DNA from: Psammoneis japonica
Lineage: Eukaryota
Length of the DNA stretch: 64,000 nt
Assembly (NCBI GenBank): GCA_008632985.1
Contig: QPGO01000248.1
Location: 1 to 64,000, forward strand
Direction: 5' to 3'
In this document: piece after piece, positions 1 to 10,980 of the stretch
Position numbering within the stretch: the first letter of the stretch is position 1
Layout of the letters: each line of letters begins with the position of its first letter
Made by a program: the position numbers and the translations under genes
The notes under the pieces: generated by a model
Database searches by the model: none
Told to the model about the DNA's origin: nothing
Seen by the model: the letters and a program-made list of their open reading frames with translations, nothing else

Positions 1-1
1 G

Positions 2-604
2 TGGGTTTACGACAACAGAGATAAGCATCTTACTCTCGCACCAAAAATGCCGTCATCATCAGAACCGTTTGTGTTTGGGGGGTATTCTTCAGGTGGTCAT
101 GTCGCAGCAATGGTGCTACAAAATCCCGAGCTCCTGAAATCTAGAGGACTTCCTCCGCCGGAAAAGTTATGTGATGTCGTGCTTATGATCTCAGCCGTCC
201 TAGCAGTACGTCCAACTATGGAGAAAGATTCAGAAGAGGTACATCCAAGGTGGCTCACTGATATTGTAATCAACACAGTGTTTGGGAAGACCGGGGCGAA
301 AAAATTGCCGTCTCCATTGCATGGTGATTTGCCCGAGCTCCCCCATGTCCTTGTCGGTTGCGAGAAAGAGGTGTTTGGGTTGAATTGGCTGGATCTTTTC
401 TTCTCTTCTCGACAATACGCAGAGAAGCTTCAAAGAAAAAAGGTCGAGGCTAGATATGTTGAGGTGAAATCTGATCATTGGTTTGTTCTGAGTAGCCGCG
501 CGTTGTCTGAAGCTCTCAGGTTTGAGCTGCAGTGGATCCAAAAAATGCCGCGCACCGCCAGTTCACCTTGTGCTGTCTGTAGCAAAAGGTACTGCACTGA
601 ATGA
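2..604 (+). CDS. Alpha/beta-hydrolase (carboxylesterase/HSL-like), 3' part; 5' end lies outside the window
   Basis: Frame is open from position 2 (WVYDNRDKH...). It has a GxSxG elbow (FGGYSSGGHVAAM) and a C-terminal SDHW catalytic-His-like motif. Confidence 0.75.
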   Translation, partial: WVYDNRDKHLTLAPKMPSSSEPFVFGGYSSGGHVAAMVLQNPELLKSRGLPPPEKLCDVVLMISAVLAVRPTMEKDSEEVHPRWLTDIVINTVFGKTGAKKLPSPLHGDLPELPHVLVGCEKEVFGLNWLDLFFSSRQYAEKLQRKKVEARYVEVKSDHWFVLSSRALSEALRFELQWIQKMPRTASSPCAVCSKRYCTE

Positions 605-1220
605 CACGCGGTTCCAAAGCCCAATGCGATTCGACAGAGTTAGTTAATGTTTATAAATATTATAAGGACGAAGCATTTCAGTTGCAACGGTACGTGTAAC
701 AGTTGCGGAAGTTCTCCATCGGTGGCGGATTAGCTGTTGTGCACTCAACGCTGAAAAATGCTGAGCAGATCACGTAAGCTCATTTTTGAAAGAACTGCTG
801 CAAAAGCTTCAGCTCGGTGCAACGACCTGTACGTAGCAGCAGCGATGGATCAAAATGCCGTCGCGCACGCATCCATTCTTCATTTGCTTTTGACCACTGT
901 GAAGGACGCAAAACAACCTCTCTAGCTATGCGAAAGAAGCTCGGTATGGTAAGTCAACAGGACGACCATGCAGCAGCTGTGCGAAACAACAAAAAGTGAC
1001 ACGTGGCGGCAGATTGAGTGAGTGAAAACACGACTGACCTCGCGTTCCCACGACTTGAAACGTGACTGGTTCACGTGGGTTCAGACGTGCAGGAAGAGAG
1101 GAACCGCGCGCGTTGGTTGAACCGAGAAGTGGTTCAACTCTTCATTCTGCTAGGGCCCTACCGGTATTTCGATGGACGTCCTATTCTGAATTTGACTTTT
1201 GTACTTCAGATCCATAATCC

Positions 1221-1955
1221 ATGGCACAACGAAATAACGCTGTCGATGGTGAAGCCGCCAGATTAGCCAAGGCCTACGCAAACAAATACGTTTATGTTGT
1301 GTGCCATCCCGGCCGATTCCTTCACGTGGTACCCGCTGGAGACACGAACGGAGACGAATTGATAGTAAAGACAGTGACAGACCGCCAGCTCGCCACCTGC
1401 GTTGTTGTTGAACGCCTCTCCTCAGAAGAGGAACGGCGCTATGGAAAGTCAGGACTAGTTTCGTTTCGTGCTCTCCCACCTTCGGTGCAATCAAGCTCCT
1501 CCTCCGTACAGACCCCCCATGTTGGGTGCGCGCGATACCTTACTGCTGAATTGTACGGTGACGAAATACGCCAGGTCGCAACAGAAGCGCTTATATCAGC
1601 GTGCGAAACAAATTTGGCACCGCTTTTACCAGAGCACATTCGTGAAATCATTGACTACGCATTTGGGTCAGGGACGAATGATTCGAACTTTGAGGGAAGG
1701 GGTTATTCGTATCGCCCTCTTACTGCTCCTTTCTCAAAACAGCGACCAAACATGATGCAAGTCTTCCAGCTCACATCCGAACCGGAAGGCGGTCGATATT
1801 GTTTCGGTGTTAAATCGTTGTTTAATACATACTGGCGAAGTCAACACTGGGCCGGCGTCGTAAGCCAGAGCCCTCACTGCTTGGCAGACGAGAGGTTTGT
1901 TTTCCGGGATGTTCACTACAAAGACAGCGAAAGGATCACGACGAGGGATTGGTAA
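1221..1955 (+). CDS. Hypothetical protein, possibly with fascin-like beta-trefoil repeats
   Basis: 244-aa ATG ORF with gene-like composition. Segments GLVSFRAL..ARYLTAE and FGVKSLFNTYWRSQ..ADERF resemble fascin repeats; this is a weak, by-eye match. Confidence 0.55.
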   Translation: MAQRNNAVDGEAARLAKAYANKYVYVVCHPGRFLHVVPAGDTNGDELIVKTVTDRQLATCVVVERLSSEEERRYGKSGLVSFRALPPSVQSSSSSVQTPHVGCARYLTAELYGDEIRQVATEALISACETNLAPLLPEHIREIIDYAFGSGTNDSNFEGRGYSYRPLTAPFSKQRPNMMQVFQLTSEPEGGRYCFGVKSLFNTYWRSQHWAGVVSQSPHCLADERFVFRDVHYKDSERITTRDW

Positions 1956-2120
1956 AGCTCCATCAATGGCATCAGTTCATGCAACATGATATGTAAAAAG
2001 TTTGTTACATTAAAATGCTCATCAGTCCGTCGTAATTGCATCCCTTGCCTTCGATCTGCATACTCTACCAACATCTTCGGTGAAGTAGACTGATTTGGCA
2101 ACAAACTACTCAATCGAAGT

Positions 2121-4229
2121 CTACATCATCGACTCTGTCAACTCTCTACCCAGAATTCTCTGGCTCTCCATTTCTTTGGCCGCAATTTTTGCATTCTCTA
2201 TGGTGCGGGAATCCAAGAGCTCGACTGCCTTCTGCAGATTTGCTTTCAGTGTGGCAATTTCTTCATGAAGTTTGGCATTCTCGTCCTTGTCCTCCTCGTT
2301 AGCGTTTCTTTCTGACTGATACTTCTCATTTAATTCGGTAAGTTGTTTGATTCTCTCCTCCGCTTCTTGCCTCGCCACTTGTTCTGTCAACAATTCATTC
2401 TTGACCTTCACAAAAGCGGCGCTCATTTCTTCAAGCCTGGCTTGCGCCTCGGTGTACTTCGCCTCGACTTCTGCCTTTTCCTTTGTGCGTGTGTCCAGCA
2501 ATCGGTTTTTCTCCTCGAACTTTTCTAATAGCAAGTCCTTTTCGCCGTGGAACTTCATCATGTGTTCTTTGGCTGTCTCCAGCACTCTCTTGTCGGATTC
2601 GTATTTTTCATCCAACAGCGCGTATTGGAGGTTTAGCTCATTTATCTCTTCACGTGACTGTTCAAGTTCCGCGTTCGTTTCCTCGAGAGCTTCCCTCAAT
2701 CGTTTCAATTCTTCTGAATCAACACTGCGACTTTGTCGCTGTGTCCCAACCGCACTCTCATCTCTGGGGGTCTTCGTCTCATTCACAAAGCGCCTTATTC
2801 TTGAACACAAAAAGTTTTCTAGGTTCAAAATCTCCTCTCCTTTGTTTTTCTTTTCGACTACCGCACCGTCGCACCACTCCAAAGCTTGCGCCTTACCCTC
2901 CGGAGTAGGTAAGGAATTGAGCAATTCGAGAGCTTTCCCTTCAATCACAATTGAAGAAACGGGGAGACGTACAGGATCGCTCACTCCTTCGGTTTCCCGT
3001 TGCAAATTGCCCGGGAAGAAATCCTGCGAGCTACTGACATCTTCCGAAGCATCCGTTTTGAGCGAGCCAGTGGCATCTGGAGTGTCCCGAAGATTAGATG
3101 CCGTTGCTTCTTTTGCATTGGCATCGCGTGACAGCTGCTGGCGTGACCTAAAATCGGTCACAAACCTGCGCATTCTCATGTACACGAATTGCTTTGGATT
3201 CCGCACTTCATTGCCTTTCTTTCTCAATTCAAGAAACGCATTGTCGCAATATGCCAGAGCTTCGGACTGGTTCTCTTGCGGTAATGAATTCAACCAATCG
3301 AGAGCTTTCCCCTCCACCACAATTGAAGACAAAGGGAGCATGACCGATTCATCCTTTTCGTGATCGTTTTCAGACTGACCCTCAATGTTCTTGCTTCCTG
3401 AATTGTCAGGCCCTATGCTATCTCCACGTCGCAGTCTACGTAAGACCGATTCTGGCTTTGCAGACGCAACACCATCATTATTTGATGCGATTCTGTGGGA
3501 CTGCGCAGCTCCATTTGTCTTGATAAACCAGCGCATTTTGTGGTAAAGAAACCGTTCTGGATTTATCACTTCTTCACCTCTGTTCCTCAATTCAAAGACT
3601 TCACCATCACACCATTCCAAAGCATGGTCACGACTCTCCTGTGTCGGCAAAGAATTCAAAAGTTCCATGGCTTTTCCCGAAACGATAAGTGACGAGACCG
3701 GGAGTCTGATACCGTCGTCATAGTGCGACTGGTCAAGATCTTGAACATCGTCGTCGCCTTCTAAAGACGATTCTTCTTGGAATTCTCCTGTACTGTCTTC
3801 ACTCGATACATCATTCAGAGCATCGTTGTCCTGATTATTACTGGCATTCGAGAGCCGATCTTGCTTTTCGTAAAAATTCATGAGAAACACGTGCAAATGC
3901 GCATACGGGTTACGTATTTCTTCGCCTTTTTGGCGAAGCTTCTCGAGCAGTTTTGTGTACTGTACGAGCGCATCGACTTGCCGTTGATTTTGGGCATCAC
4001 TTTGCCGACTCTGTTTTCTTTGATAGTTCTCCATAAAGCGGAGCGAATGGGCTTCGGGATTGCGGATTTCAACACCCCTTCGCGACAGGTATTCAAGGTA
4101 CCGTCCGTACTTATGGAGCGCCTCCAACTGCTGTTCGGGTGGAAACGACTCAAACAGAGCCAACGCTTTACCATTACCAAGGTCGGGCATATTCCTTGGC
4201 GACGACGAACGACGATGGTGAGACGACAT
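2121..4229 (-). CDS. Protein with about five helical repeats (hnRNP-Q acidic/NURR-domain-like) and a C-terminal coiled coil
   Basis: 702-aa ORF. Three clear copies of LPxSSIxxxGKAxExLNSLP...ALxxCD...GEEIxNPxxFL, two degenerate N-terminal copies, and an E/K-rich heptad tail. Confidence 0.75.
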   Translation of the reverse strand: MSSHHRRSSSPRNMPDLGNGKALALFESFPPEQQLEALHKYGRYLEYLSRRGVEIRNPEAHSLRFMENYQRKQSRQSDAQNQRQVDALVQYTKLLEKLRQKGEEIRNPYAHLHVFLMNFYEKQDRLSNASNNQDNDALNDVSSEDSTGEFQEESSLEGDDDVQDLDQSHYDDGIRLPVSSLIVSGKAMELLNSLPTQESRDHALEWCDGEVFELRNRGEEVINPERFLYHKMRWFIKTNGAAQSHRIASNNDGVASAKPESVLRRLRRGDSIGPDNSGSKNIEGQSENDHEKDESVMLPLSSIVVEGKALDWLNSLPQENQSEALAYCDNAFLELRKKGNEVRNPKQFVYMRMRRFVTDFRSRQQLSRDANAKEATASNLRDTPDATGSLKTDASEDVSSSQDFFPGNLQRETEGVSDPVRLPVSSIVIEGKALELLNSLPTPEGKAQALEWCDGAVVEKKNKGEEILNLENFLCSRIRRFVNETKTPRDESAVGTQRQSRSVDSEELKRLREALEETNAELEQSREEINELNLQYALLDEKYESDKRVLETAKEHMMKFHGEKDLLLEKFEEKNRLLDTRTKEKAEVEAKYTEAQARLEEMSAAFVKVKNELLTEQVARQEAEERIKQLTELNEKYQSERNANEEDKDENAKLHEEIATLKANLQKAVELLDSRTIENAKIAAKEMESQRILGRELTESMM

Positions 4230-4624
4230 GCTGTATTCTTGACACCGATGACTGTGGGATTTGTTCTCGCGTCTTTGCGATTCTGTTTCGAAGACTAGAG
4301 ACGAAAGGTGGCTGCAAGCCTATAATCTAAATTAGGGACTTGATATCGACAGTGTCGTCGACAGCAAATTCAGAGGATGATCGATAACAAGGGGTATCAG
4401 AGAAGGATTCGTGTAAAATGTCTTTCAACGCAATCTGGAATCAACGCCGTTCAATAAAAAAGCAATCGCAACGTGCAAGCAACGTGCAATCAACCAACCT
4501 TCTTTGCGCCTTATTGCGTGCACGACGCACAGGCGGGGGGCGAGCGACGGACGCTGGACGGACGGACGTCACAAACGCATGTCGTCTGTGCGTGCTCCGT
4601 GCCCCACTGCCGACAGCGATTCCA

Positions 4625-7600
4625 GATTTGAGAAGCGGCGTGGGCAATCCACAAGAGGACAGCGACGGGGACCGGTTTGACCCGGTCTGGTGGAGGATCC
4701 TCTTTCTTGTAGAAATGGATGTGGCGGCTGGTGCAGAAATCCATGTTGCCTTGGAGTGTGTGCCGCGGGTCCGGGGACCCCACTGCAGCGAACATTTGGC
4801 CAATCGACCGCAAGGCACCCTCAGCGGTGCGTGCGCGGACGGGATTGCCACGTGGGGCAATGGCGCCTGTACGGAATCGGTGCATGAAAACTTGGAAAAA
4901 GATGACTGGGTCATCGACGTCTTGCAAGAGAGGGTCGAGGGCCAAGTCGTTGCAGAAACTTCGCCAGAGGTCCCAGTGGGTGTTGCTGGAGCTGGCGGAA
5001 GAAGTGGCAACGCCGTGGGCAACGGCATGTTGCACAGCTCCAAGATCACGTAGGAATGCAGCGTGGGTGGCGGGGTCCAAAGGCGCCAAGAGGGAGTCTG
5101 TGGGCAGTGAGTGTCAAAATGTTGCAAGAAGGCACGGTTGGACAATTGTTGCAAGCGAGAGGCATCATCTGCAGCGGTGTTTGACGGTCCCGGCAAGCAG
5201 TCATGGAGCGACAGGTGGTGGTGGAAACGTTGGTGGTGACCTTGGTGTTGAAGGAGGGGTGCTGCGACCTTCGCAGTCGTGGTGGAGCCCTTGCATTGAC
5301 GAAAGAGAGTGCCGGTGTTGTCCGTGCGGTTGAGCACTGTGCGCTCTCGAATGTCGAAACAGTCCGCCGCGACACAGGATTGCACAATGCTGCCGACCAA
5401 CTCCAAGTCGGTGTTGGCAACATGACCGCGGGGATTCTTAAAGGTGGACAGGCGGTCGGTGACTGCTTGAGGGAAACGCACGCGCCACACGATGGGTCCG
5501 GCGTTGTGTTGTGGTCTCCGACGGCAAGCAGTGGAGCAACGCAGCGTGGTGCTGCATGCGACCGCTGACGGCGTGGGGAGAAGGACGCCACCTGCACCAT
5601 GACCGGCTGCATCATGGCAGCCTGTGACAGTGGGCGACAGGGGGACAAGTTCTTGGATGCGGGTGGGGCGGAGATCGAGCCCGCGGTGTGACAACCGAAA
5701 ATCGTCCAAGATGTCATGAAAGTTGCGGGCAAGACGAACTCACCCGTCAGGTTTGGTGTGGAGCGAGGCTTCCTGGAGTTCAGAGAACAGATTGTGAGAC
5801 CCGGGAATGCCGGGCGTGAGGGATCGCAGTTTGCCAAGAAGCTTGTGCAGGTCGGCAAGCGCTGCCCGCTTGCGATGGCGGGGAAACTCTTCGCACAGCG
5901 TGGTGCGGAGGCCCTCGCGGCGTCACGGCGCAAGGCGGATGGTCATGGACAAAGTGTCAATGATCCACCCCAGGACCTCCTTCTGCGTTGACCAAGTGGC
6001 GTCGCCTTTGCGGAGCTTTTTGACTGAGATTGGCTCCTTGCAACTCGTGTGGTCTCGGTTGTCGAGTGGACGAAATGCATCGTCAATGGCGTGCATTGTC
6101 GTGTGATGCACATTGCGCAGCGATTGTTTGGAGCCTTGGGCGGCGCCGACAAAGTCACCAACGCAGATGTCGACATGTTGGAGGCGCTGCCGGTGGTGGT
6201 GCGCGAGGTGTGGATCTGGCGTGTCTGGCACTGGGACAGCGATGGACGGATTCACGTCAGTGGTGATGGCGTGGTGCTTTGGTGGTTGGCTGTCAAGGCA
6301 AGGCTCGAGTGGGTGTTCCGGTGCCCGATGGTTGTGCACAAGCTGGCGATTGGCAACGTCGGCGACCGTCTCGGTCACTGTGCTAAATGCCGGAGGTGAG
6401 TTGGACCATCCCATGGGTGACCGAGTTGGCATGGCTGCCAGGGGAGGTTCCCGGGAAGGCGGGGAAAAACCACACCCAGTGTGGGTGCTTGCTCGGGCGC
6501 CAGCTGCATGCGGTGGAAACCATCAGCTGAGTCAATCTTCGTCAGACAGACGCGGCCCTTGTTTGGATTGGCAAGGAGAGCACGCCGAAGGATGCGGTCC
6601 AGCGTGTGCCCGAACTGCATGGATTCCATTGGCACATTTGGCTGAGCAGAGGGATTGACACCGCAGAACGTGTGGTCCACAATCGGTCGTGGTCTGCATG
6701 CGTGTTGTGGGACAACGCCGACAGGGCTCAGCCGTAGATTGGGTTCATTCTTGACGTTGTCGCATGGAACAACCACCCAGAAACCTTTGTCGACACAGTC
6801 AGACATGTCTTCGCGCAAAAACTCAATGTGTTCGTAGGTGGACTTGTGTGGTCCTCGTGCGATGCTACCTTGGAGCTCAGCGTTGGACCATGGCTCGTCT
6901 GCAACAGTGACCGGTGCCCCTCGACATTTGCAACTGGTGAGCACTCGGTGTGCTGCATGCTGTCGCATTGCCACCAATGGTCCCCAGTCACCTCTGCCAC
7001 TGTGCAGACGCAACAAGCAACTGAGGCCTCTAAGGTGCAACAATTTTGCATCGCGTGCAATTTGCTTGCCCAATTTGTCAGTCAGTGCTGATGCAGCCAC
7101 ATCTTGTCCACGTGTTGTGGGGTGGAAGCACCGTTTTCTAGACTCCACTTGCGGGGGTTGTGGATGCATGGGCTTGTGTGCCCATGCGGGAAGTGGCTCT
7201 TGGTTCCATGTCCCCAAGCAAGAACCATTGCCGATGACCCATTCGGTCTTCCAATGTTGCGTGCCCCACGTGAGAAGGTCAACCTGCTCCTGCTCTGTGT
7301 GGTTGTGATGATGATCGGCACGTGATCCGCAGTTGTTGTTGCACTGTCCAATGAAATGGTGTGGGAGACAACGTGGCGCCCCTTGGGAATCCGTGGGCAA
7401 GGCGACATTGTCACGGGCGCAGCGCTGCTTGACGGTGCGCGAACCCACATTGGGACGCTCCCGCAAGACCGTGAAGCGTTCGTCGTGCTGTTCGTTGCGG
7501 ACGATGGAATTGTCGCCAGGTGCATTTGCGCGGTTTGGTCCTGGCTGTGGCTGCCCAGTGGTCTGCGAACGCGGCATCGTGGGTGGTTGAAGGACAGACG

Positions 7601-9750
7601 TTGGCAGGTCGAGACGCCAATGGCAGGTGCCTTGTGCGGCCTCAGCCACCACTGGGAGCGGTCGAAATGGGACAGGGTTTTGTGAGTGCGTTTGCGCCTG
7701 GAACCAATGGCACATCTTTGCCTGTGCGCAATGTTGTAGGTCCGCTGGCAACGTCGGGTGCAACACCACTTGCGCCGCCAAATCGTTTGCGCAGACGTCC
7801 ATTGACTGGTGCACGTGAGTCAACCACTGCACCAGTGGATGTGCTGCGCCAAAGGCTGCTGAGAGAACGATGCGCAGACCGTCGAAAGACTGTTGAACTG
7901 CCTGGATTGCAGTGGCCACCACAGCATCATCCAGGGCCTCCAACACCCGCGCACCCACCAAGGACGGTGTGCCATCGCCTCCATGAATCTGTTGACACAT
8001 GGAGCTGCGACAGGCGGTCTGCTCGGCTTGCTCCGGTGCAGTGATGCCGAGCAAGAAAGGGGCAATTCCCTGAGTTAACTCGTCCTTGTCATGCCCAGCA
8101 AAGTCGACTTGGGTGAGTTTTGTGACCAGGTTCACGGTCACCGGCACATTGAAGCACACGTGGTGTGCTTGCTGTTGCTCATCGATTGCATTTTGGACGG
8201 CAGCAATTCGGCCGGTTTTGGGAGAGGCCGCCAGCTGCGCCCAGAGTGGTGGCAGGTTGGCTTCATGATGCACCTGGCACAAACGCATGAGTTTGGTGAT
8301 GCCAAACTCTCTGCAGAACTCCATCGGTGTCTTGCCGCGCGATGCCGCCTGTTGGCGCGCTTCCGCGTCTGAACGTTGTTGGCGCTGTTCTGCTGTCAAG
8401 CTCTCAATGGCCGTGACCACTGGTTCGAACTGGCGTGGTTGCGGTGGTTGGCCTGCGTGGTGCGGAAGGTCACGCTGCACCATCATGTCAAAGAAATGAA
8501 TGAGCACTTCGTTGGGTGGCTGCACCATCGTTGGCCATGCTTGCGCTGCTTCGGACACATGTTGGTCCCCCATGCTGTCGCGCAACACGCCACTTTCAAA
8601 AAGTCCAGAAGTGGCCTGCATTCATTGACTGTGTTGGCAGCTGCGACAGCTCCCAGCACCCAGGTGAACGCTTGCTTTGGCATCAACGGCATTGAAAGCA
8701 AGAGATTGACATGCGCGAATGGCACCATCATGGTGTTCCGCGTCCTGACCTCAACCGCGTCTGGGTCGTTCGGCTGCACTTGTGGGTGCAATCCTTCCGG
8801 GGTCATGACAATGTGAGCTTGCAGCGCTGTGTCGGTCTGCACCCATGTGCCGTGTTGGGCCAGCTGAAAGGCATCATTGGCAATGGGTGCAAGTTGGCAT
8901 TGTCCCATCATCAGGTCGCCCACGAGCGCAAAGAATTGTCCGTCCCACGGTTGTGCTGGTCCTGCCACCGTGATCGGGTGCTGGGTTGCACGATGAAACA
9001 CCTGTGTGACTCCCACATTGTTGCCTCCTTGCACCCGGCAGTGCTGCACCTGTGCCACAGGCAAATCGTGCGAAGAAGCTGCTCCAACACGGGTCCTCAG
9101 CACGTTGGGATCATGGCAGGGCTGCCCTTGCAGTGGGACCATGAAGTCCTGCATGATTTCCGCACAGTTGCCGGCGTGCGGATCCTTTGTGGCGTGCAAG
9201 CAGCAATCCCGACAGGTCCGGATTACTGCTGGTGGTGCTGGAACTCCCTGCCCCACGGGACCTGCTGGCGGTGCGGGTGGCACTTGAGGTGCCGGCTGTT
9301 GGGGAGGCCCTCCCGGGGCTTGTCCTCCCTGCGCTGCGGCAGGTTGTGCCGCTGCTCCTGGCACTGCCGGCGCCACTGGATGCACCGGTGCTGGTGGCAC
9401 GTTCTGGGCGTTGTTGGCCGCCGGAATCGGTTGTTGATTTTGTCCGCCCCTGGGTTGTTGTGCCGCCGCAGCAGCATCCGGCGGCGGATCATTTCCGACA
9501 TTTCCGTCTTGGTTCATGACGTGTGACTATCCTGCGAGCTTCATAGATGCAGCGGCAGATGGTATCCTCCGCCGAACACAATAGCGCTTTTAGACTATCT
9601 ATTCGGCTTGCTGCTAAAGCTCTTCGGAAGAATGAGCAACAGCAGCTTGCTTCCAAACGCCAACTTGAATGCGTTCAATGTGGTAGAGCGGGGGGTGATT
9701 TCCCGGTGCGTCATCAACGGGTAATGAGGTCATCTCCCCTTGTCGGTCTT
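4625..9750 (-). mobile_element. Tyrosine-recombinase retrotransposon (DIRS order, Ngaro/PAT-like), copy 1; 3'-truncated and hypermutated
   Basis: Gag-like ORF from ATG 9517 ending in a Cys/His knuckle. RT motifs (LSPVGVVPQ..RPRPIVD, KIDSADGF, PMGWSNSPPAF, ICVGDF = decayed YVDDF), RNase H region (HDAAGHG, DLELVG, ADDASR) and the N-terminal part of the YR ORF. Collinear with copy 2, with several frameshifts. Confidence 0.9.
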
Positions 9751-9891
9751 TACGAGGCCAGATTTTGGAGACGATCATCGATGTTATGGTCAGGTTGGGC
9801 GTTGGACGTTGACCTGAGGAAGGAGAGCAGGGTTGCTTTGATTACTTTACTGCATTTAGCACAATAGCAGCAATTAAAAGCTTCATTGATA

Positions 9892-10968
9892 ATGACGAGA
9901 TCACAAAGCATTACGGTGAGATCGAAATCCAAAGCGATGCTTTCTCGTGAGCAAAAACGAACAAGAAAAGTGGCAAAGGCGGTGGCAACCTTGGCAGCAT
10001 CGACTAGTAGCGTTTCAAAGGCCTCCGCGGCGGCGTTCACCACCACGTCGCCGTACTTTTCTTCAACCCCCAAGAATCATCGTTCTCCATTTTATACAAC
10101 TGCTCTTTCCTCGAAAACACCAGGCAAGAAGAAGAACCCCCCAGGCAAAAAGAAACAGATTGAAAGAACACACTCGTTTGAGCCTGTTTGGGCCGGAACA
10201 CTCCTAGATCTGGTTGACTGCGACATTGAACCGCATACTCTAATCCTTGGAACGCACCCATCGATCAAGTCTCTCGAAGAAGAGCAGTACTACGGACATC
10301 AACAAAACGCTTTTTGGTGGATTGCTGGTGATTGTCTTGGGTTCCGAAGGGCCAGGTACGCACAACTGTACAAATGTGATTTTCAGCAACTGAACCTGTG
10401 GCATATCTCAAGCTTGATCTATACTAATTGTTGTTCTATCTATAGCGCGGTGTCTCCTTCCACAGGGAAGCCATACAAGTTCTCCTCGAGCCTTCGCTAT
10501 GACGAAAGCCACATAGTTCCATACAACGATCAGTTACAGATCATGGTGAAGAATGGCTTTGCTCTCTGGGATGTTATCGGTTCATGTAACCGGGAGGGTT
10601 CTCTGGACTCTGCAATTAAGAATGAAATACCAAATGACATTCGAGGATTTTGTGAGCGCCATGCATCTGTCAAACGGATCGTGCTTTCAAACGGTAGCAC
10701 CGGATCGCAACTCTTTGCGAAATCAAACATGGACTGGTGGCTTTCGGGTGAGCTTAAACCCGGCACCAATGTGCAATCTCAGAATGCTTTTGGTCGGTTC
10801 GCGAAACAAACAAACGACTTCAAGGATGCCAAGATCACATGCATTACCGCTCTTGGCGTAAGTCCTGCCGCAGCAAGGTTTTCGTATGAACAAAAGAGAG
10901 AATTCTGGGAAGAGTACGTGTACAAACCGGGATTACAGGACTTTGAAGCGCAGCAGTCACCACTCTAG
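9892..10968 (+). CDS. Uracil-DNA glycosylase superfamily, family-6-like hypoxanthine (deoxyinosine) DNA glycosylase; probable intron 10356-10445
   Basis: Motifs TLILGTHPSIKSLEEEQYYGHQQNAFWWI, LWDVIGSCNREGSLDSAIKNEIPNDI and LGVSPAAA match the family-6 pattern. Basic N-terminal extension. GTACGC...CTAAT...TAG intron. Confidence 0.85.
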   Translation: MTRSQSITVRSKSKAMLSREQKRTRKVAKAVATLAASTSSVSKASAAAFTTTSPYFSSTPKNHRSPFYTTALSSKTPGKKKNPPGKKKQIERTHSFEPVWAGTLLDLVDCDIEPHTLILGTHPSIKSLEEEQYYGHQQNAFWWIAGDCLGFRRARYAQLYKCDFQQLNLWHISSLIYTNCCSIYSAVSPSTGKPYKFSSSLRYDESHIVPYNDQLQIMVKNGFALWDVIGSCNREGSLDSAIKNEIPNDIRGFCERHASVKRIVLSNGSTGSQLFAKSNMDWWLSGELKPGTNVQSQNAFGRFAKQTNDFKDAKITCITALGVSPAAARFSYEQKREFWEEYVYKPGLQDFEAQQSPL

Positions 10969-10980
10969 CACTGTTTCCGA

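Noticed and set aside
2347..3363. 338-aa plus-strand ORF
   Set aside because: Antisense shadow of the coiled-coil gene.
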